From Anaerohalosphaeraceae bacterium (GTDB taxonomy: Bacteria; Planctomycetota; Phycisphaerae; Sedimentisphaerales; Anaerohalosphaeraceae): DNA of 12,010 nucleotides. A program made the translations under genes and the position numbers. This document shows positions 1 to 8,118 of this stretch, piece by piece (position 1 is the first letter of the stretch; the number at the start of each line of letters is the position of its first letter). The notes under the pieces are model-generated. The model was given only the letters and a program-made list of their open reading frames with translations, did not search any database and was not told the DNA's origin. Location: NCBI GenBank assembly GCA_963675525.2, contig CAXXSL010000012.1, positions 1 to 12,010 of the forward strand. The letters run 5' to 3'.

Positions 1-1331
1 TGCGCCTGTTCTTTGGGACGGGCAGGGTGGTCCTGATCCGAATCCCACCAGAACATATGCGACTGCAGATCGGTTGATGAAAAATAGAAAAACAGCAATC
101 CGTCGTCATAATTTTCGAGCGCATAATTGAGCAGGTTTACCCGCTCATCCAGAACGATCTGGGCCTGTGCGGCAAATTCGGCGTCATCGAATACCTTATT
201 TGACAGGGCCTTGTGGTCCTCCTGAAAGCCGGTGGTATAGAACAGTCCCAACTCGGATGAGATTTCCTTTGAAAAGTCTTCGGGTTCTGTGACCGGTACC
301 GCCGGGTCCGAAGGATCGACGTTAATCGGTGTCACATACAGCCGAAAGTTCGGAACAACTTCCTGCAAATAAAACCGGCAGATTCCGGACAAGTGCTTAT
401 CCGGGCCCGGCATTGACAAAGGAAAATCAACCTGCAACCACGGGCTCCACTTGCCTTCTTTAAGCAGGACTGTGTGGTCTTGTAATTCGATAATTGCTGC
501 TTTAGCATTAATGTCCCTATGGACTTGAAAATCAATGATAATCGGCACAGGTTCTTTGAGAAAACTATCCATCGGACCGATGAGCTTTGCCGGCGCCGTT
601 TCATTCTCAAAAAAGAGCATGGATCGCTTGCCCCCTGGTTCATCTTTGGTTCGGACCGGGCCGTCTTCAGAATAATGCTGATATGTCCCATAGGTGCCCA
701 GCAGATCGGGGGTTCCCATCCCCGCGAGACAGCAGTGGTGGCCATGGGAAGACTTACTGGGTGGATAATTGGCGGGTAGATCATAAAACGATGACCGAAT
801 GCCTGCTTCGTCAAGATAGTTCCAGAAAGGCACGCCTTCACGCCGCAATAGTGTCTGTGTCGGTGAATGATTGAACGGCCAGAAATTGAGCTGGATCTGA
901 TGTTCTCCAAATCCAATAGAACCCTCGCCGGCAACCGTTTCTGCGGCCGAATAGAACGGGGCGCACTGTTTGGCAGGATCCCGATGAATAAAATCAAAGA
1001 TGCCGTGTGTGCCCGGGCCTGCTCCGTTAATAAAATTAGCCCATGCCACAGGGCTTTGCGGCGGGTTGCTGGTTCCAAGCCGGCGATATCCATTGTTTTT
1101 TCGAAGGGATGCAAATGTCGGTAACTGGCCGGCATCCATCATTTTCTCTGTCAAAACCGGATCCATCCCATCAAAGCCAATAACGATCACTTTGGGAACC
1201 GAACCGGATAGTCCTTTTGTACCAGCATGCAGCATCTGGGTGGTAAGTCCTGAACTTAATCCCAAAACCGCCAGACTGGTCCCCTTTAAAAAAGCTCTTC
1301 GATGTATTGATTTAATGTCTTTTTTCGCCAT
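1..1331 (-). CDS. Tat-exported alkaline phosphatase superfamily protein (type I phosphodiesterase/nucleotide pyrophosphatase-like, COG3379-like); 3' end lies outside the window
   Basis: Absent from the ORF track because there is no stop in the window. Manual translation from ATG at 1331 gives MAKKDIKSIHRRAFLKGTSLAVLGLSSG...KVIVIGFDGMDP...GTSNPPQSPVAWANFINGAGPGTHGIFDFIHRD. The same frame at the window edge reads GLLFFYFSSTDLQSHMFWWDSDQDHPARPKEQA. RRAFLK is a twin-arginine motif; GFDGMD, SPVAW and TDLQSH match the motifs of the upstream paralog. The middle of the frame was not translated codon by codon. Confidence 0.88.
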   Translation of the reverse strand, partial: MAKKDIKSIHRRAFLKGTSLAVLGLSSGLTTQMLHAGTKGLSGSVPKVIVIGFDGMDPVLTEKMMDAGQLPTFASLRKNNGYRRLGTSNPPQSPVAWANFINGAGPGTHGIFDFIHRDPAKQCAPFYSAAETVAGEGSIGFGEHQIQLNFWPFNHSPTQTLLRREGVPFWNYLDEAGIRSSFYDLPANYPPSKSSHGHHCCLAGMGTPDLLGTYGTYQHYSEDGPVRTKDEPGGKRSMLFFENETAPAKLIGPMDSFLKEPVPIIIDFQVHRDINAKAAIIELQDHTVLLKEGKWSPWLQVDFPLSMPGPDKHLSGICRFYLQEVVPNFRLYVTPINVDPSDPAVPVTEPEDFSKEISSELGLFYTTGFQEDHKALSNKVFDDAEFAAQAQIVLDERVNLLNYALENYDDGLLFFYFSSTDLQSHMFWWDSDQDHPARPKEQA

Positions 1332-1365
1332 ATTAACTCATCTATTTATAGAATATTTATCTTTT

Positions 1366-3450
1366 TTAGTCTATTACATGAAGCGGTTTTCCATCCATAT
1401 AACCGGGAACCTGGACTCCAAACATCTCCAACACCGTTGGGCCGATATCCATCAGGCGTGGATTTTCAGCTTCAATCCTGCGATTGCTGAACAAAACGCC
1501 CGGGACAAACGATGCGTCGATACAGTGATCACCGCTCCAGGCCTTTGTATTAGGATGAAATACCTGCTCAGTGACCTGTCCCACGGCCGTTTCCCACGCA
1601 ACCCGATAGCCGGGATAATACCCCACCAATAGGTCCGGAGCATTCTCTTTGTAAGGGCCGTTATACAACTTTAGGGAATTATATACGCTCTTGATAGCCG
1701 GTGTGTTCTGTCGCTGGGTGTCACAAAGTGCCGATAGTTTTTCGGCGATCTCGGTTCGGAGACGGTCAGCTTCATCGCCCGGATCGACAATTCCCTGTAA
1801 TTCGCGACCCTTAATGTTTAGAAACATCCCGGACAGGCCGATCGCAAATGCCCGTGTACGGCTCCAGTCAATCGAGGTGAGATACTTGCCGGAACGGTCG
1901 TTGTTTTTCAGGGTTAGATAGCCGTTTTCCTCCAGCCAGCGGTTCAGGTCGATACCGTAGCGGAACGTGTTAAAGCCGTGGTCCGAGATGACCATCAGCA
2001 GCGTATGATCGCCCTTGCATTTTTGAACCGTTCTGGCCACCAGATCGTCCATTCGTTTGTACAGATCCTCGATCACATTCCGGTCGTCCTGAACCTCTTC
2101 ATGGGCCGGATGGTCGGGGTCTATATCACGCCAGAAAGTGTGCTGCAAACGGTCGGTGCCGTCGAAAACGCAGACACACAAACCGCGGGAGACTTTGTCC
2201 AGCGAATCAAAGAACATCTTTTCACGTTCGTCGTCCAATTCCAGACACTGCTGAATGAAGCCCTCGTCCGGCAGGGCTTTTTCATTCAATGCCCAACTGT
2301 CCTCAGCCAGGCCGAGCGTAGCGAAGGGCCCCTGCTGTTTGGCCAGATAGGTCGCGAAGACCAGCGGATAAGTAACCGGCATAACCGGTTTTGACGGATC
2401 GATATTAATCGGAGTCACATACAACTGGAAATCCGGCTCGGTGCCTTGCAGCAGGAATTTGCAGATGCCGCGAACCTTGACCCCAAAACCGGCCTTGAAA
2501 TCCACACTGATCCAATCGGTGTATTGGTCTTTGGTTAAAACGATCTTCTGACCATTCAGTTTCATCACCGCTGTTTCACTATTCTGTACAATCACGGAGA
2601 ACGGACAGGCCAGCGGCTTGGAATCGGCATGGAACGGGTCGTCGGGACCAATGAGCTCTCCGGTAAACGTGCTGCCTTTTTGATGGACCTGCTGGTACTG
2701 GCCGCCGGTAACTTCTGCCTCATTGGGCGTTTTGCTTGTAAACATCGCAAATGTGCCCTGTGAACCGCGAAGGTCGGGCACACACATGCCGGACAATGAA
2801 ACACCGTAGAACTTTTCCGGCGGGAAGGTGATGGGCACTCGCAGAATACTGCTGAAGATGCCGTTCTCGCCCAGCGTAATCCAGAAGGGCTTACCTTTAC
2901 GAAGCAGCCGGATGTCGGGTTTCCCGATCGGCAGGCTCAACGAACCAAGCTTAACGATCCGCCTTGGGCCGCGGATGTCCACGGAACTGAGCTTGGGGAG
3001 ATAGGTCTTTTTGTCGCGGGTCAGAAAATCGTAGATGTTGTGCTTGCCGGGATTGACACCGGTTTGAAACGATGACCACGCCACCGGCGACATCGAAGGG
3101 ATCGTGGTGGCCAACGGCTTGAAGGTGCCCTCTTTTCTGAGCCGGTCCAGATTGGGCAGCTTGCCCTCGTCCATGTACTTTTCGGCCAGCTTGGGATCCA
3201 TGCCGTCCAACCCCAGAATGACGCACCGCTTGATGCGGCTGCGGGCGAAAGCACGACGGTACCGGATAGCCCGGACGAGATAGCGAATGGGCCAGGTGAA
3301 CACGGCCAGTATTCCGGCCAGAACCGCCGAAAAGACAGCCAAAAACGAGCCCATGACCGCAAAGCCGGCACCGGGGCCAATATAGGCATGAGCCTGAGCC
3401 GTAAATATTAACAAGAAGAGTATAAGAAGATATCTTTTTTTCAAATCCAT
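1366..3450 (-). CDS. Membrane-anchored alkaline phosphatase superfamily protein (NPP/phosphodiesterase-like), about 694 aa
   Basis: Long ORF 1366..3549. ATG 3450 (MDLKKRYLLILFLLIFTAQAHA) is the preferred start because it gives a clean signal peptide. AlkP metal/nucleophile motifs are present: GLDGMD, PSMSPVAWSSFQTGVNPGKHNIYDF, DGTDRLQH, ISDHGF, WSGDH. Confidence 0.9.
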   Translation of the reverse strand: MDLKKRYLLILFLLIFTAQAHAYIGPGAGFAVMGSFLAVFSAVLAGILAVFTWPIRYLVRAIRYRRAFARSRIKRCVILGLDGMDPKLAEKYMDEGKLPNLDRLRKEGTFKPLATTIPSMSPVAWSSFQTGVNPGKHNIYDFLTRDKKTYLPKLSSVDIRGPRRIVKLGSLSLPIGKPDIRLLRKGKPFWITLGENGIFSSILRVPITFPPEKFYGVSLSGMCVPDLRGSQGTFAMFTSKTPNEAEVTGGQYQQVHQKGSTFTGELIGPDDPFHADSKPLACPFSVIVQNSETAVMKLNGQKIVLTKDQYTDWISVDFKAGFGVKVRGICKFLLQGTEPDFQLYVTPINIDPSKPVMPVTYPLVFATYLAKQQGPFATLGLAEDSWALNEKALPDEGFIQQCLELDDEREKMFFDSLDKVSRGLCVCVFDGTDRLQHTFWRDIDPDHPAHEEVQDDRNVIEDLYKRMDDLVARTVQKCKGDHTLLMVISDHGFNTFRYGIDLNRWLEENGYLTLKNNDRSGKYLTSIDWSRTRAFAIGLSGMFLNIKGRELQGIVDPGDEADRLRTEIAEKLSALCDTQRQNTPAIKSVYNSLKLYNGPYKENAPDLLVGYYPGYRVAWETAVGQVTEQVFHPNTKAWSGDHCIDASFVPGVLFSNRRIEAENPRLMDIGPTVLEMFGVQVPGYMDGKPLHVID

Positions 3451-3572
3451 CGATAAATCCAAATTTCTCTTATAAAAACACATCCATTGTAAGGAATTCT
3501 CGCTCATGCCGGGAAATGGCCCTTTGCATCCCCCCTCTTTGGGCAACAATCTACTTCGTTTTCTGTATTGCT

Positions 3573-3581
3573 ATTCTACCA
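3573..3581 (-). promoter_or_regulatory. Putative extended -10 promoter (TGgTAGAAT) for the phosphodiesterase pair
   Basis: The minus strand reads TG-G-TAGAAT about 120 nt upstream of ATG 3450, overlapping the inverted repeat CATAGC-CGAA-GCTATG (3580-3595). No good -35 box. Confidence 0.35.
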
Positions 3582-3832
3582 TAGCCGAAGCTATGTTCAT
3601 TCATATTTTACATTTTCCGTCTTAAAGTGCCACAAAAAAACGAAAAACGAAACGGTCAAAAATGTATCCTCATAAATATCCCATAAATAAAGATAAATTA
3701 AAATCACGCGAATCAGGAACTTAGTATGGCCATATAAGAGTAAAATTCAGAATCAAGGCACAAAAAGCCCGATAAAACCGATTTATTATTGTGATTTTAG
3801 GTATTTTTACTGATTTCATATTTTTGATTTTG

Positions 3833-3841
3833 TGGTATAAT
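3833..3841 (+). promoter_or_regulatory. Putative sigma70 extended -10 promoter (TGgTATAAT) for the large surface protein gene
   Basis: Perfect TGnTATAAT in AT-rich intergenic DNA, with an AT-rich upstream region. Confidence 0.5.
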
Positions 3842-4095
3842 TGGTCATTGAGTGATAGGTGTTTGGATGTAGCGAGGATGAGTATGTATTTCCATCTTTC
3901 TTCTCGCGCATCCGGCAATTTGTAAAACGGGAGAAACTGATGCACTCTATGGTGTTATGCAAGGGGGGATATTATTGGGTAGAGTCACTATCTACATCTA
4001 CATCGCAATTTTCAGAAGGTTTTTCATATTCGTTCGGTCGCAGAGATCTTGCGCCCGATTCTTCAAATAATGATCGTCCAAATAACAATTTTTTT

Positions 4096-4101
4096 AAGGA
4101 G
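4096..4101 (+). promoter_or_regulatory. Shine-Dalgarno site AAGGAG
   Basis: AAGGAG lies 9 nt before ATG 4111 and supports that start over the ORF-track start at 3859. Confidence 0.75.
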
Positions 4102-4110
4102 AATTTTATT

Positions 4111-7100
4111 ATGAGAAAATTGAAAATTACTTTAGTTTGTGCGCTGGCAGTGTTGCTATGCGCAGCATCAGTTTTTGGTGCAACAACTACTCTAAACCCC
4201 ACAGATGATGCTTATGTGTGGAGCGATGATGGCAATGGAAACCACGGCGGTGATAATTATATGATTGTCGGAGAATGGGACGGGGCGAGTCCTTACAGTA
4301 CTTCCCGAGATTACTTAAAATTCGACCTAAGTTCCATACCTGCCGGCCAAACGATCACTTCGGCAACCCTTCATATTAATTGTGTAACACTTTATACTAC
4401 AACTGTTCAGACCGGTGCTCATTTCCTGTCAAATGACGGTTGGGGTGAATACACGATAACATGGAACAATGCACCCACCGGATTTAGCGCTGCAGCCATT
4501 TCTACAACGACTCTCGCTGTCGGTGATAACACATGGAATGTCACCAATGATGTGAGCATAGAGTATGGTGGCGACAAGATCTATAGTGTCGTCATGAAAC
4601 TGCCGGTCGAATATGCCAATGCCGATGGCGCGTGGTTTGACTCAAAGGAAACACAGTCCCAGCCATACTTAGTCGTCGACTACCAAGATGATCCGGGTGA
4701 TCCGGACAAGGATTACGGCGATGCACCGGAGGGCGTCATCGCTTATCCATCTTTGGGCATAACAGGCAACTTCCCAACATGCAAAACCGTCGGCCCTGCC
4801 GGTTATGTAGAGCACGGACTTTGCTGGGCACGTTTCGAAATGGTTCCGCCTCCTGGATTTGATTTCGAGCTTGATGGAAACGGAGGCTTATGTCCGGGTT
4901 TCGCACCTTATGACAATGACGAATGCTTCATGGACGGTGATGCTGGTTTAATATTCCCTGACGCATATACCATACAGGGTGGCATCGTTGTAACTTGTCC
5001 ACAATCCACTGCTTCTGTACTTGGAAACACTTGTACAACCGCGACTTGGGGAACCAATGTTGATATTTACGTCGTTAATAACATGCCGGTCGACGGATTT
5101 GTTAATGTTCTTATGGACTGGGATCAGAATGGCTCATGGGGTGGGTCCTCAGTATGTCCCACAGCAGGCGCTCCGGAATACATTCTTCAGGATTTCCGTG
5201 TTCCTGTAGGTTTCGCAGGCCCACTTTCAGCTTTAAATCCACCGTCATTTTTAATCGGTCCAAATTCCGGATATATCTGGACAAGATTCATGATAAGTGA
5301 AGCACAACTGCAAAATCCGCAATGGGATGGTTCCGGTATTTTTGAAGATGGTGAGACAGAAGATTATCTACTGATGGTAGATTCCCAAATAGATGAATTA
5401 GATTTCGGCGACGCACCGGATAGTGCGGCCGCACTGGGATATCCGACACTGCTGCCACTTGGTGCAAGACACATTATCGGCGGACCATGGCTTGGTGATG
5501 CTTCAGATGGTCCCGATCCGGAACCGGACGGTCAGCCGACAGCGAATGCCGATGGCGATGACAATGACGGCAATGATGATGAAGACGGCGTCAATATTCC
5601 CATATTGACCGTGGGAGCAACCTCAACAATCACATTCGAGGTCAATAGTGCTGATGGTACAGGCGGCACGGTCAGCGGTTGGATCGACTACGATGGCGAT
5701 AAAGTCTGGGGTAGTACGGCCACCGAGCAAATCGTCGCCGCAAGCTATCCGAACGGTATCTACAGCGTCAATGTAACCCCGCCGGCAGGATCCGCAGGAA
5801 CAACATTTGCCCGATTCCGAATCACCCGGGATACGACAGTAACCGGGCCTACAGGGCCTGCCTCCGACGGCGAGGTCGAAGACTATGAGGTGTTCATCGA
5901 AGAAGAGACTGATGAAGAACTCAAGTTCCAGCAACTGCCGCTGAACGGATTGACAATCGATCAATTCACCTACTGGGGTCATGATGAACTTAGTACCGCC
6001 TACAGGAATCCCGATATCCCCAATAAGTTCGAGGGCTGCTATATGGCCGATGACTTTGCCGATTTGAAAAATTCCCCGGTCATCAAGCTCAAATGGTGGG
6101 GTTCCTATCTGGAAAACGAGATTATGGATCCGGGAGTTTTTCGATTCCTGATCGCCTTTGAAAAGGATGTTCGGGCACAGGGGCATCCCGATGATGCCGA
6201 CTATATACCCAGCCACCCCGGCGAGGTACTACAGTCACAGTTCGTGCATCTTGCTCCGGCAGGTGCCGCGCCCGGTCCCGGCGAATACTCTGAAACCTAT
6301 GTTAATGCAGGCGGTCCGCCCTGCAACGAAGCACTCTTTGAGTATGAAGCGGTTCTGGAAAATCCATTCCCGCAGGATCCGAACACAGTATACTGGCTCA
6401 AGATCGTCGCAATGGTTGATATTGACCCTGCAGCCTGGGTACAGATACAGAACATCCTTGCCATGAATCCGGGCATGACACTCTGTGATTTCCTGAATTT
6501 ACCGTTCACACAGCAGCAACAACTTGGCCTGGAACAACCTATTACGCGATGGGGATGGCACAACCGCGACTACACCAGGATGGATCCATACGCGGCCACA
6601 CCGCCGGCAGTGGTACCGGGTGAACATAATCCGCGTACTTACATCCCAACCCTGCCACCGATTACGGGCCTGCCGGACGATATGGTTTGGCACTTCCAGG
6701 ACGATGCTGTCGCAGGCGAGGTATTCATTGATGAAGCCGCACCCGAAATGCCGATGGTCGACCAGCCAACCTGGAAAGAAGAATACTACAAATACAGTCT
6801 GCCGTACTGCAATACAAACCAAGGCGTTGACGGTCCCGACGAGATCGAGTACTACTCCAAAGACCTGGCGTTCGAACTGTGGACACCGACCGAATGTTTC
6901 TCAAGTGCTGCTGGACAGAAGTATACCGACTGGGTCACTTATGGTAAGCCCAACTGCTGGTGCTATCAGCGTGAGTGTAATGGTGATGCAACAGGTACCG
7001 TTGAAGGTAATGTCGTCACCGGTTACAAGTGGGTATTCAATGGTGACCTCGCCATATTCCTGGCCGCCTATAATGTAGCAGAGCCGACAAAAGGCCCCGG

Positions 7101-7305
7101 CATTATGACGATCCCGAATGGTATTTGTGCCGACTTCAACCATGCTCGTGAAGGTAATGTCGTTACCGGTTACAAGCGGGTCTTCAATGCTGATTTGGGA
7201 ATTTTCCTGGCCAACTACAATGTAGCAGAGCCAACAAAGGGACCTGGTGTTCCGGTATGTCCGCTGACAACAGCCGGCGGCGATATTGTGTTCTACACAA
7301 ATTAA
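4111..7305 (+). CDS. Large secreted multidomain surface protein, 1064 aa: signal peptide, DNRLRE/CBM96-like domain, two GEVED domains, uncharacterised ~320-aa domain, C-terminal Cys-rich dockerin-like module
   Basis: Signal peptide MRKLKITLVCALAVLLCAASVFG-A. About 4180-4683: PTDDAYV...YLKFDLSSIP..TITSATL...ITWNNAP...FDSKE..PYLVVDY (DNRLRE-like). 4711-5370: DYGDAP...MDWDQNGSW...WTRF...GETEDY. 5401-5890: DFGDAP...DGNDDEDGV...GWIDYDGD...ARFRI...GEVEDY. About 5920-6885: KFQQLP...ADDF...WWGSY...YWLKI...WGW. About 6890-7302: CWC..CNGDA...VFNGDLAIF / CADFNH...VFNADLGIF. Confidence 0.88.
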   Translation: MRKLKITLVCALAVLLCAASVFGATTTLNPTDDAYVWSDDGNGNHGGDNYMIVGEWDGASPYSTSRDYLKFDLSSIPAGQTITSATLHINCVTLYTTTVQTGAHFLSNDGWGEYTITWNNAPTGFSAAAISTTTLAVGDNTWNVTNDVSIEYGGDKIYSVVMKLPVEYANADGAWFDSKETQSQPYLVVDYQDDPGDPDKDYGDAPEGVIAYPSLGITGNFPTCKTVGPAGYVEHGLCWARFEMVPPPGFDFELDGNGGLCPGFAPYDNDECFMDGDAGLIFPDAYTIQGGIVVTCPQSTASVLGNTCTTATWGTNVDIYVVNNMPVDGFVNVLMDWDQNGSWGGSSVCPTAGAPEYILQDFRVPVGFAGPLSALNPPSFLIGPNSGYIWTRFMISEAQLQNPQWDGSGIFEDGETEDYLLMVDSQIDELDFGDAPDSAAALGYPTLLPLGARHIIGGPWLGDASDGPDPEPDGQPTANADGDDNDGNDDEDGVNIPILTVGATSTITFEVNSADGTGGTVSGWIDYDGDKVWGSTATEQIVAASYPNGIYSVNVTPPAGSAGTTFARFRITRDTTVTGPTGPASDGEVEDYEVFIEEETDEELKFQQLPLNGLTIDQFTYWGHDELSTAYRNPDIPNKFEGCYMADDFADLKNSPVIKLKWWGSYLENEIMDPGVFRFLIAFEKDVRAQGHPDDADYIPSHPGEVLQSQFVHLAPAGAAPGPGEYSETYVNAGGPPCNEALFEYEAVLENPFPQDPNTVYWLKIVAMVDIDPAAWVQIQNILAMNPGMTLCDFLNLPFTQQQQLGLEQPITRWGWHNRDYTRMDPYAATPPAVVPGEHNPRTYIPTLPPITGLPDDMVWHFQDDAVAGEVFIDEAAPEMPMVDQPTWKEEYYKYSLPYCNTNQGVDGPDEIEYYSKDLAFELWTPTECFSSAAGQKYTDWVTYGKPNCWCYQRECNGDATGTVEGNVVTGYKWVFNGDLAIFLAAYNVAEPTKGPGIMTIPNGICADFNHAREGNVVTGYKRVFNADLGIFLANYNVAEPTKGPGVPVCPLTTAGGDIVFYTN
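7003..7248 (+). repeat. Internal tandem duplication (147-nt / 49-aa period) in the dockerin-like module
   Basis: EGNVVTGYKWVFNGDLAIFLAAYNVAEPTKGPG (from 7003) versus EGNVVTGYKRVFNADLGIFLANYNVAEPTKGPG (from 7150); 29 of 33 aa identical. Confidence 0.92.
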
Positions 7306-7327
7306 TATGACACACGCTTCACAAGAA
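7040..7327 (+). repeat. Left copy of a long inverted repeat (partner 11723..12010)
   Basis: Manual alignment to the reverse complement of 11723..12010 gives 288 nt, no gaps, mismatches only at 7117, 7158 and 7159. The true repeat may extend further 5' because the partner is cut by the window edge. Confidence 0.95.
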
Positions 7328-7343
7328 ATGCGTAGCGATTTTA

Positions 7344-7378
7344 AAGGAGTCGGTGGTAACACCGACTCCTTATTTTAT
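7344..7378 (+). terminator. Rho-independent terminator
   Basis: Perfect 12-bp stem AAGGAGTCGGTG / CACCGACTCCTT with a GTAA (GNRA) loop, followed by ATTTTAT, 38 nt after the stop at 7305. Confidence 0.8.
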
Positions 7379-7541
7379 GTTATCGGTCCTAAACTAAAAT
7401 CACTGATTACACCGATTACGCTCATTTTAATAAAAGTTGGGTAAAAAAATAACCGAAAAAGAAAATACACTATTATACAATAAAGAACATGGCCCTAATG
7501 AAGACGAAAGATGTAGACATTTTTTAAATTGGTGTTAATTC

Positions 7542-8021
7542 GTGGCAAATATTAATTCAAAATTATTCAACCAAGGTTTCACCTTGGTTGAATTAATCAT
7601 CGTTGTTTCGATTCTGGGGATTCTGGCGGCGATCGTCCTGCCGGAGTTTCAGGGCCACGCCCAAAAGGCCAAGGAGGCGGCCGCCAAGGACAACCTCCGC
7701 ATCCTCCGCACCACCATCGAACGCTACGCCTTCGAACATAATGACGTCCCACCGGGGTATCCTGGCAACGATCCCACCAATACCCCCGGAAGCCTGTTGG
7801 TCACCAGTCAACTCACCATTGTAAACAACTATCTCTCTGAGATGCCTGAAAATCCGTTTAACGGCTATTCCAGTGTTTATATTGTGGCAAATAACGGCAC
7901 TGTCACCGATGGCATGGCTGTCGGTTCGCCGCAAGGCTGGGTCTATCAGCCGTCAACCAAAACGGTCAAACTCAACTACTCCGGCACGGACAGCGAGGGA
8001 ACAAACTACTTTGATTACTGA
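7542..8021 (+). CDS. Prepilin-type N-terminal cleavage/methylation protein (GspG/type IV pilin-like), 159 aa
   Basis: Class III signal QG|FTLVELIIVVSILGILAAIVLP with Glu at +5, then the helix AKEAAAKDNLRILRTTIERY and the YL..MPENPF and GWVY motifs typical of GspG-like pseudopilins. GTG start. Confidence 0.9.
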   Translation: MANINSKLFNQGFTLVELIIVVSILGILAAIVLPEFQGHAQKAKEAAAKDNLRILRTTIERYAFEHNDVPPGYPGNDPTNTPGSLLVTSQLTIVNNYLSEMPENPFNGYSSVYIVANNGTVTDGMAVGSPQGWVYQPSTKTVKLNYSGTDSEGTNYFDY

Positions 8022-8118
8022 AAACTGTAGTGAATAAGAATTAGGGCCTGTTTTATTATATCGATCCGTAAACAGAGCCATGCGTTCCGTAATCGGCTTT
8101 CTCGAAATCCAAAAGACA

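Noticed and set aside
332..1632. ORF-track calls 332..1135 (-), 1000..1632 (+) and smaller overlapping ORFs
   Set aside because: Alternative-frame or antisense shadows of the real AlkP-family frames (1331 to the edge, and 1366..3450), with no recognisable motifs.
3451..3549. 33-aa N-terminal extension of the phosphodiesterase ORF
   Set aside because: TTG start that would bury the signal peptide beginning at ATG 3450.
3620..3790. Sigma28-like (CCGATAA) promoter candidates and A-rich short repeats
   Set aside because: Spacing to a TAAA -35 element does not fit, and the sequence is low-complexity AT-rich DNA.
3859..4110. 84-aa N-terminal extension of the large ORF
   Set aside because: The RBS and signal peptide point to ATG 4111; the extension looks like non-coding leader.
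7040..7327. Diversity-generating retroelement VR/TR pair
   Set aside because: Only three mismatches (A/G, T/C, G/A), not confined to adenines of either copy. Both copies are coding 3' ends, there is no reverse transcriptase in the window and no C-type lectin-like motif.
5021..7362. Antisense and alternate-frame ORFs inside the large gene (e.g. 5623..6216, 6524..7078, 6901..7362)
   Set aside because: Shadows expected from codon bias of a well-supported gene.
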